A stretch of DNA of 24,000 nt from Candidatus Electrothrix communis (lineage in GTDB: Bacteria; Desulfobacterota; Desulfobulbia; Desulfobulbales; Desulfobulbaceae), in assembly GCA_030644725.1 (NCBI GenBank), contig CP130629.1, forward strand, positions 1,628,795-1,652,794. The letters are read 5' to 3'. Under the pieces are notes generated by a model. The model saw only the letters and a program-made list of their open reading frames with translations. It was not told where the DNA came from and ran no database searches. The translations under genes and the position numbers were made by a program. Below, piece by piece: positions 1 through 5,794 of the stretch; the first letter of the stretch is position 1, and each line of letters starts with the position of its first letter.

Positions 1-808
1 TTCGACCTCGGGAAAGCCGGGAACCAACCCAGTTGGCGCGGAGGATCGGCCCGTTCCTGTAGCGGCTGGCGGAACGGCAGTGCCCGGCGTCGTTGCTCCA
101 TCTGCCGCCCCGACACACACGGTAACGCCCATTGTCAGGGCCTAGGGGATCGACAACAGACCCTACCGGATATTTCTCATACCAATCCCGACACCATTCC
201 TCCACATTGCCGTGCATCTGGTACAGACCCCAATCGTTACAAGGCAGGGCCTTGACATCCACCGTCTCTTTACGATAAAGACCTTTTTTACCCTTCGCAT
301 AGGGAAGATTGCCGCCATAATTTACCTGGTCGGTGGTGATGTTCTCTCCAAAGAAAAACGGAGTGGTCGTTCCAGCCCGACAGGCGTATTCCCATTGGGC
401 CTCAGTGGGTAGCACCAGCTCAAGACCGGAAATCTCCTTATTAAGGAGGGCCATAAACTTCTGCGCATCCTCCCAACTTACTTGCTCCACCGGTCGTTGC
501 GCTCCTGTAAACCCACTCGGGTTCTCTCCCGTAACTCCCTCCCACAACTCCTGAGTAACCGTTGTCGCACCAAGCCAGAAGCCCTCTGTCAAGGTCACCT
601 GATGCAGGGTTTCGTCTGCTCCCCATGATGCCCGCTCCGGCTCATCCTTTGGCGACCCCATCATAAAAGTCCCCGGCTCAATCCAGCGCATAACATGGCG
701 AATCTGCTTATAATGAAAGGCCATCCATAGCCCGTACTCATCCTCGCCCCATTCCGAGGCCCAGCGATCAGGGAAGGATTCCGGCCAGCGTTTGGATTCA
801 TCGATCAT
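1..808 (-). CDS. Formylglycine-generating enzyme (FGE/SUMF1/EgtB/PvdO) family protein; 3' end lies beyond the window
   Basis: Absent from the ORF track because it runs off the edge. Manual minus-strand translation from ATG (808-806) gives MIDESKRWPESFPDRWASEWGEDEYGLWMAF..MRWIEPGTFMMGSPKDEPER..VSWEDAQKFM..LPTEAQWEYACRAGTTTPFFFG..NDWGLYQMHGNVEEWCRDWY..RVCRGGRWSNDAGHCRSASRY. These are hallmark FGE-sulfatase domain motifs. The frame stays open to position 1. Confidence 0.85.
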   Translation of the reverse strand, partial: MIDESKRWPESFPDRWASEWGEDEYGLWMAFHYKQIRHVMRWIEPGTFMMGSPKDEPERASWGADETLHQVTLTEGFWLGATTVTQELWEGVTGENPSGFTGAQRPVEQVSWEDAQKFMALLNKEISGLELVLPTEAQWEYACRAGTTTPFFFGENITTDQVNYGGNLPYAKGKKGLYRKETVDVKALPCNDWGLYQMHGNVEEWCRDWYEKYPVGSVVDPLGPDNGRYRVCRGGRWSNDAGHCRSASRYRNGPILRANWVGSRLSRGR

Positions 809-841
809 GATTTTCCGTCCTTGCTCCACGGCTCATTATGT

Positions 842-892
842 TGTACGGTACTACAGTACATAACTTTATCATTAACCACCAGCTATGGTACA
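842..892. promoter_or_regulatory. Putative YefM-YoeB operator with GTAC-core repeats, in the divergent promoter gap between the FGE gene and yefM
   Basis: TGTACGGTACTACAGTACA (842-860) is an imperfect palindrome with TGTAC/GTACA ends. A further GGTACA lies at 887-892, just upstream of the yefM ATG at 898. The E. coli yefM-yoeB operators are built on TGTACA cores. Confidence 0.35.
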
Positions 893-897
893 TAACC

Positions 898-1170
898 ATG
901 CGTGAAATTACAGCAAATAAATTTCGAGCAGCTTTGAAAAGCTGCGCGGACCAAAGCATCACTAACCACGAACCCCTACGGGTAACCCGTAAAAGAGGCA
1001 AAGACTTTGTCATCATTGGGGCGGAAGACTGGGAACAGATTCAGGAGACCCTCTACGTTCTCCAAAATACCTCGCTTATGCAGCAAATCAAGCAATCTCT
1101 TGGAACGCATCGAAGCGGAAAAGGTTATTCTCCAACCAAGGAACAGCTTGATGAGATCAATAATCTTTGA
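898..1170 (+). CDS. yefM: Type II antitoxin, Phd/YefM family
   Basis: Internal ATG of ORF 838..1170. MREITANKFRAALKS..PLRVTRKRGKDFVIIGAEDWEQIQETLYVLQNTSLMQQIKQSL..SGKG matches the YefM fold and C-terminal pattern. It overlaps the downstream toxin gene by 20 nt. Confidence 0.85.
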   Translation: MREITANKFRAALKSCADQSITNHEPLRVTRKRGKDFVIIGAEDWEQIQETLYVLQNTSLMQQIKQSLGTHRSGKGYSPTKEQLDEINNL

Positions 1171-1423
1171 GGGCAAAACCTGGTCGGAGTACGAAAAACT
1201 ACGGAGCAAGGACAAAAGGGTGCATAAGAATCTCTGTCGCATTCTCCAGGAAATGCAACGAAATGACCCTGCTCAGGGCCTTGGAAAACCGGAGCCGTTG
1301 AAACACAACCTAACCGGCCTGTGGTCACGAAGGATCTCCCATAAAGATCGCCTGATCTACACCTTTGATGAGCAGAGCATCTCCATTTTCGCCATTGGTG
1401 GACATTACGACAACATCAGATAA
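1151..1423 (+). CDS. yoeB: Type II toxin, YoeB/Txe family mRNA interferase
   Basis: Internal ATG at 1151 of ORF 1007..1423. MRSIIFEGKTWSEYEKL..GLGKPEPLKHNLTGLWSRRISHKDRLIYTFDEQSISIFAIGGHY closely matches the YoeB signature GKPEPLKHxLSGxWSRRIxxxHRLVY. Confidence 0.9.
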   Translation: MRSIIFEGKTWSEYEKLRSKDKRVHKNLCRILQEMQRNDPAQGLGKPEPLKHNLTGLWSRRISHKDRLIYTFDEQSISIFAIGGHYDNIR

Positions 1424-1520
1424 ACGGGCACGGCACGCCGTGTACCCTACCATCTCCTGGTTTGCCCTTCTGCCCTGAAGGGGCTCTATTTAGCCAGCCT
1501 GGGGTAACACCCCTGGCAAC
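1424..1520. repeat. Composite three-hairpin intergenic repeat, copy A (~97 bp)
   Basis: Direct repeat of 2172-2270 with long identical blocks: acgggcacggcacgccgtgtacccta, cttctgccctgaaggggctctatt and agccagcctggggtaacacccc. It contains a REP-like hairpin ending CCCTAC, a GCCCTTC..GAAGGGGC hairpin and AGCCTGGGGTAACACCCCTGGC. It starts 1 nt after the yoeB stop. Confidence 0.8.
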
Positions 1521-1530
1521 CCTCAACCCT

Positions 1531-2091
1531 TCACAACCCCACCCCGTGATAAACCTCCGCAAGCGGAAGCGTACATTCCAAACAATCAGAAGAAAACGGC
1601 TCCCCGCCCTGGAACAGCTCAAGCTTCCAGCTATTTTTTCTCCGAAAGACCATGACCGCCTGCCGATCCTGGGCAATAAGGACATACTCTTGCAATGAGG
1701 GGAGCGAGGTGTAGGCCATGAATTTCTCCCGCCGATCAATACGCTCGGTTGTCGGGGAAAGCACCTCAACGATCAGGCAGGGACGGGTTCGGTAATAGTC
1801 TTCGTTATCCTCCGGGTCACAGCTGACCAGCAGATCCGGGTAGTAAAAGACATCTTCTCCCGCAATCTTGAGATACACCTTCATATCCGCCATAAAGACC
1901 TGACACAAAGTGTTGCGGGCCGCTGCATGAAGGACAGCAAAGACATTACCAGCAATGAGATTATGGGCCGCACTTGCCCCGCCTAGAGCATGGGTAGTGC
2001 CGTTGATGTATTCATGTCGGATCTCGGTCTGCTGCTCTCCGCTTAGGTAATCCTGAAGACTTACTCCCTCTTGTATTGCCTGCGCTTTCAT
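1531..2091 (-). CDS. Uma2 (DUF820) family restriction-endonuclease-like protein
   Basis: Internal ATG (2091-2089) of ORF 1531..2259; the upstream part of that ORF is just translated repeat. MKAQAIQEGVSLQDYL..EIRHEYINGTTHALGGASAAHNLIAGNVF..YYPDLLVSCDPED..PCLIVEVLSPTTERIDRREKFMAYTSLPSLQEYVLI shows the typical Uma2 motifs (PD..E.LSP core). Length is 186 aa. Confidence 0.8.
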   Translation of the reverse strand: MKAQAIQEGVSLQDYLSGEQQTEIRHEYINGTTHALGGASAAHNLIAGNVFAVLHAAARNTLCQVFMADMKVYLKIAGEDVFYYPDLLVSCDPEDNEDYYRTRPCLIVEVLSPTTERIDRREKFMAYTSLPSLQEYVLIAQDRQAVMVFRRKNSWKLELFQGGEPFSSDCLECTLPLAEVYHGVGL

Positions 2092-2171
2092 CGTACAGCT
2101 CCCTGTTTTAATTTCAAAGCAGCTCAAGTTGTGTTGAGCTTGGTATTGAACTTCTAACACTCCAGAAAAAG

Positions 2172-2270
2172 ACGGGCACGGCACGCCGTGTACCCTATAC
2201 TCCTCCCGGTTGGACCTTCTGCCCTGAAGGGGCTCTATTGAGCCAGCCTGGGGTAACACCCCAGGCTAAC
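2172..2270. repeat. Composite three-hairpin intergenic repeat, copy B (~99 bp)
   Basis: Direct repeat of 1424-1520. Its terminal hairpin is a perfect palindrome, AGCCTGGGGT-AAC-ACCCCAGGCT (2246-2268). It lies between the hisD stop and the Uma2 start. Confidence 0.8.
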
Positions 2271-2294
2271 GCCACACTACACCGCACCGCCCCC

Positions 2295-3599
2295 CTATTT
2301 CACCCGAACAGCCACAGAATTGGCATGAGCACTCAACCCCTCCAGCTGAGCCAATCGCTGAATATGCACAGCATCATTAAGCAAAGCCTGGCGAGAATAA
2401 GAGATGATCGAACTCTTCTTAAGAAAGGTCTCCACCCCAAGAGCAGAGGAAATGCGGGCCGTGCCCATAGTGGGCAGGACATGGTTGGGACCGGCCACAT
2501 AATCGCCAGCCGCCTCCGGGGTATGGGGACCAAGGAAGATCGCGCCAGCATGCTTGATCATGGGCAACCACTGCCAAGGCTCTTCCACCTGGAGTTCCAG
2601 ATGCTCAATGGCGATGTCATTGGCCAGGGCAATACCCTCTTCCACGCTGTCCACCACCAGGATGAGCCCCCGCTGCTGCAAAGAGGTTCTGGCGATATCC
2701 TCCCGAGTCAGGTTCGGCAACTGCTTCTCCAATTCAACTTTAACCGCCTCGGCAACCGAAGTTTCGGTGGTCAGGAGCAAGGCCAAGGCCATAGGATCAT
2801 GCTCAGCCTGGGCCAGCATATCCGCGGCAATATAGGCAGGATTCGCTGCATGATCGGCAACGATCAGCACCTCACTGGGACCAGCAATCATATCAATGCG
2901 TACCCTGCCCATGACCTGCCGCTTGGCCTCGGTGACAAACTGATTGCCCGGCCCGATAATGACATCCACCGCAGGCACAGATTCCGTGCCAAAGGCCAGG
3001 GCCGCAATGGCCCAGGCTGATCCGGCCTTATAGACTTCGGTGACTCCCACTTCCCTGGCTGCCATAAGCAGGGCCGGAGCAATTTTTCCTTCCTTATTCG
3101 GCGGGGTCATCATGATCCGCTGCTGCACCCCGGCAATGCCTGCAGGAATGGCATTCATCAGCACCGACGAGACCAGAGGGGTGGAGCCGCCCTGCCCTCC
3201 CGGCACATACAAGCCTGCTGAATCCACTGGTCGAACCAAACGCCCGGTAATGGTGCCGTCATCGCGGGTCATCATCCAGGAATCTTCCATTTCCCGTTCA
3301 TGAAACAGGCGAATCCGCTCGGCGGCAAAGGCAAGGGTTGCCATGAAGTCCTCATCAACGGCCTCTGCTGCCTGGGCAAACTCTTCCTCGCTCACCTTGA
3401 ATGCTTCTCGGGTCAGCTCTGGTGCATCAAAACGACGGGTATACTCCAACACGGCTTCATCGCCCCGACTGCGCACCTGCTCCAGAATATCGGTCACGGT
3501 TTGGGCACACTTGCTGTCAGCAAGGGCAAAGCGATCCCGCAGCCCGTCCATGCTTTTTTTGCCCTGATCTGTTGCATAGCTTTCAATACGAATGGTCAT
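2295..3599 (-). CDS. hisD: Histidinol dehydrogenase
   Basis: 434-aa ORF with full-length HisD-like sequence: ..RFDAPELT..GLYVPGG..PLVSSVLMNAIPAGIAGV..AQAEHDP..IAIEHLEL..AGAIFLG..PEAAGDYVAGPNHVLPT.. A GAGGG ribosome-binding site lies 7 nt upstream of the ATG. Confidence 0.95.
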   Translation of the reverse strand: MTIRIESYATDQGKKSMDGLRDRFALADSKCAQTVTDILEQVRSRGDEAVLEYTRRFDAPELTREAFKVSEEEFAQAAEAVDEDFMATLAFAAERIRLFHEREMEDSWMMTRDDGTITGRLVRPVDSAGLYVPGGQGGSTPLVSSVLMNAIPAGIAGVQQRIMMTPPNKEGKIAPALLMAAREVGVTEVYKAGSAWAIAALAFGTESVPAVDVIIGPGNQFVTEAKRQVMGRVRIDMIAGPSEVLIVADHAANPAYIAADMLAQAEHDPMALALLLTTETSVAEAVKVELEKQLPNLTREDIARTSLQQRGLILVVDSVEEGIALANDIAIEHLELQVEEPWQWLPMIKHAGAIFLGPHTPEAAGDYVAGPNHVLPTMGTARISSALGVETFLKKSSIISYSRQALLNDAVHIQRLAQLEGLSAHANSVAVRVK

Positions 3600-3666
3600 A
3601 AAATTTCCCTCTAAAATATCAATGAGCCCTTATAAACAAGGACGTTATCTTTTCAGACGCAATATT

Positions 3667-3740
3667 GTAGGGGCAGACCTATGTGTCTGCCCTTTATTGT
3701 CCGGGTGGCGACAAGGGTAAACACACAGGTTTACCCCTAC
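3667..3740. repeat. REPIN/BIME-like element: two GTAG-flanked REP hairpins in inverted orientation
   Basis: GTAGGGGCAGAC-CTATGT-GTCTGCCC, a 22-nt spacer, then GGGTAAAC-ACACAG-GTTTACCCCTAC. The outer GTAG/CTAC and the reverse-complementary loops show the two units are inverted copies. Confidence 0.75.
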
Positions 3741-3770
3741 GACACCCAACACAAGCGATATTTTTATCTG

Positions 3771-3872
3771 GTTCCCAAGCTCCAGCTTGGGAACTGCTTT
3801 TCTTGAAGCTCCGCTTCATTTACCGAAGCTGGAGCTTCTGTATTCAAGATGCCCAAGCAGAGCTTGGGCATC
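3771..3872. repeat. Array of three strong hairpins sharing an AAGCT/AGCTT core (second repeat family)
   Basis: Hairpin 1: GTTCCCAAGCT-CC-AGCTTGGGAAC (3771-3794). Hairpin 2: GAAGCTCCGCTTC-ATTTACC-GAAGCTGGAGCTTC (3805-3838, one bulge). Hairpin 3: GATGCCCAAGC-AGA-GCTTGGGCATC (3848-3872). Confidence 0.75.
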
Positions 3873-3884
3873 AGCAACCCCTGC

Positions 3885-3922
3885 ATACAAAACAAAGAAA
3901 CCCCGCCCCAAGGGACGGGGTT
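3885..3922 (-). terminator. Rho-independent terminator for the minus-strand DUF2058 / CNNM-CBS genes
   Basis: The minus strand reads AACCCCGTCCC-TTG-GGGCGGGGTT followed by TCTTTGTTTTGT. This is a GC-rich stem (one G.U pair) with a U-rich tail. Confidence 0.6.
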
Positions 3923-3974
3923 GCAAAATAACCCGATGTGCTTCATCAACTGCACTTGTAATTGATCGAACGCT

Positions 3975-4050
3975 GTAGAGGCAGGTCCCTGTGCCTGCCC
4001 GTTTACATCCGTCCCGGACGTTCAGGGCGAACACAGGGGTTCGCCCCTCC
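3975..4050. repeat. Degenerate REPIN/BIME-like element (same family as 3667-3740)
   Basis: GTAGAGGCAGG-TCCCTGTG-CCTGCCC, a spacer, then GGGCGAAC-ACAGGG-GTTCGCCCCTCC. Architecture is the same, but the terminal tetranucleotides have decayed. Confidence 0.65.
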
Positions 4051-4070
4051 AAGCACGCTGCACAATCAAA

Positions 4071-4580
4071 TCACCAGATTTCATCATCTCCTGGTCCCGG
4101 TTCCCGCAGAGAAATCACAGCCCCTTTATCGCGCTCCGCTACCTGACGGGCCACCTTGGCAGGCACCACCTCAAAGCTGTCAGCAAGCTGAACAATACCT
4201 AATTGCCCCTGACAAAGCCGGTCAATCATCTCCTCAGCTATAAAAATACGGTGGATCTTTTTTCCCAGGGCAAAATGATAGGCCTGACCGTTCTTCTCGT
4301 CCCGTTCCACACGATTCTGGATGACAAGTTGCTTAATCTGGGCCTGCTGCTCATGCTGCTGTCTTTCCTCAGCCTGCTTGCGACTGATCTGCTTATTGCG
4401 GGCCACCTCAGCAGCCCGAGCCACCTCAGCCTGACTGATCGGTTTCCTGGCATTTTTCCTGACAGACTTGCCCTTTTTCTTCTTTTTCGTCTGAACGTAC
4501 TGTTCTTGCTTTACCTTACTGGCCTGTTTCTTATTAACCAGCCCTGCCTTGAGGAGCTGGTCCTGAAGAGGGTTACCCAT
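4071..4580 (-). CDS. DUF2058 (YaiL-like) family protein
   Basis: MGNPLQDQLLKAGLVNKKQASKVKQEQ.., a lysine-rich and coiled middle, and a C-terminal ..GPGDDEIW. This parallels E. coli YaiL (..LQEQLLKAGLV.. and ..DDLMW end). Confidence 0.75.
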   Translation of the reverse strand: MGNPLQDQLLKAGLVNKKQASKVKQEQYVQTKKKKKGKSVRKNARKPISQAEVARAAEVARNKQISRKQAEERQQHEQQAQIKQLVIQNRVERDEKNGQAYHFALGKKIHRIFIAEEMIDRLCQGQLGIVQLADSFEVVPAKVARQVAERDKGAVISLREPGPGDDEIW

Positions 4581-4599
4581 AATTTTTTTCTCCGTTTTC

Positions 4600-5700
4600 T
4601 TACCTGCGGCCTTCTTCTTTGTTCAACTTCTTTACTTCCTGTCCATTTGTGGAACCTGATGATGACAAGGATCGTTCCTTTCCTGCGGCGCGGGCAAGAG
4701 CCCGCATATTCTGGGTACTGTCCGACTCATCAACAATTTCCCGACCGATGATCTCTTCCAGAATATCCTCCAGACTGATTACCCCGGTCACAGAGCCGTA
4801 TTCATCCACCACCACAAAAAGATGCTGGCTCTCTTCAAAAAATTCCAACATCACCTTGTTGAGTGGTGCGATTTCCGGGACAAAATGAACCGGCTGCATA
4901 ATCTCCTCCAGCCTACACTCCAGCTTGCCCTCTGCTGCCGCCTGCATGACCTCATAACTGAGCACAATACCAACAACATCATTGCTGTCCCTGCCATAGA
5001 CTGGGACTCGGCTGTGAATACGCCATTGCTCAGTCAGCAAAGCCGCCTGAGCCACCGTCATCTCCCTGCTCAGGGTGAAAGTGACCGTCCTCGGGGTCAT
5101 GACCTGGCGCACCGCCTTATGACGCAGATCAATAATATTGGTGATCACCTTCTCCTGATCTCTTTCTATTTCACCGGATTTCCGACTCATGCGAGCAATG
5201 GCGATCACCTCTTCCGCTGAAACCTGCGATCCAGACGATTTGGGAATCAGACGGGTCATGGCCTGACAGACCACAATAATCGGTTTCAGAACAACAACCA
5301 TCAGCTGAAGAGGACGGGCCACATAGGGCGCCAACGAACCATTGAATTCCACCCCTATGGTCTTGGGCAGAATCTCTGAAAAAAGAAGAATCACCAAGGT
5401 GAAAAAAACGGAAAACCAGATAAGATTGTTTGCCCCAAAAACCGACGCAGCAGCAGCACCGGCAACAGCGGCCCCCATAGTATTGGCTATGGTGTTCAGG
5501 GTAAGGATAGCCGTAATGGGTTGGTCTATATTCTCCTTCAACTTCTTGAGGATAGACGAAGTTATCGGTCGTGTATTCGCCAGCAGCTCAATACGACTCA
5601 TGGGGAGAGAATAGAGCACCGCCTCCAGCAGGCTACAGAATGCGGAAGTAAACACGGCAAAACTGACAGCAAGAACAAGTTCCAAAAGCATATAACGCAC
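4600..5700 (-). CDS. Hemolysin-family / CNNM (DUF21) transmembrane domain plus CBS-pair protein
   Basis: The N-terminal DUF21 region has four hydrophobic helices (..LPKTIGV..). It is followed by a CBS pair (..VRQVMTPRTV..HSRVPVY..VGIV..IMQPVHFVPE..HLFVVVDEYGSVTGVISLEDILEEIIG). No CorC_HlyC tail is evident. Confidence 0.85.
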   Translation of the reverse strand: MRYMLLELVLAVSFAVFTSAFCSLLEAVLYSLPMSRIELLANTRPITSSILKKLKENIDQPITAILTLNTIANTMGAAVAGAAAASVFGANNLIWFSVFFTLVILLFSEILPKTIGVEFNGSLAPYVARPLQLMVVVLKPIIVVCQAMTRLIPKSSGSQVSAEEVIAIARMSRKSGEIERDQEKVITNIIDLRHKAVRQVMTPRTVTFTLSREMTVAQAALLTEQWRIHSRVPVYGRDSNDVVGIVLSYEVMQAAAEGKLECRLEEIMQPVHFVPEIAPLNKVMLEFFEESQHLFVVVDEYGSVTGVISLEDILEEIIGREIVDESDSTQNMRALARAAGKERSLSSSGSTNGQEVKKLNKEEGRR

Positions 5701-5731
5701 TCCGGGCGAATCCGCTGATTCATACAGGTAG

Positions 5732-5759
5732 GTAGGGGCACGGCATGCCGTGCCCCTAC
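5732..5759. repeat. Single REP-like unit: perfect 28-nt palindrome with GTAG/CTAC ends
   Basis: GTAGGGGCACGGCA|TGCCGTGCCCCTAC is exactly self-complementary. It lies between the ADH stop (5795) and the CNNM start (5700). Confidence 0.8.
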
Positions 5760-5794
5760 AGCATTCTGTGAAAAAGACACATTATCGAAAAAAA

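Noticed and set aside
1-808. Functional link between the FGE (sulfatase-maturation type) gene and the sulfotransferase-containing glycan cluster
   Set aside because: The two are more than 11 kb apart in compositionally different DNA, with unrelated housekeeping genes between them. FGE-family domains also have many non-sulfatase roles, so co-occurrence in one window is most likely coincidental.
2238-3020. 260-aa + strand ORF, plus several 60-100-aa ORFs on both strands, lying within hisD
   Set aside because: These are shadow ORFs in alternative frames or antisense to a full-length, clearly homologous hisD. Their sequences are low-complexity and Arg/Gly/Ser-rich with no recognisable motifs.
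3683-3978. Track ORFs in the hisD-upstream gap, with analogous ORFs at 8681..8974, 8707..8931, 5598..5780, 1416..1769 and 1462..1698
   Set aside because: They are translations of REP-like hairpins and other repeats (VGANLCVRP, GRHRGLPLH, VGARHAVPLP, SQPGVTP..). They lack ribosome-binding sites, and their peptide palindromy mirrors the DNA palindromes.
5732-5759. The palindrome as a Rho-independent terminator for the ADH gene
   Set aside because: There is no U-rich tract on either strand after the stem. It is kept as a repeat or structural element only.
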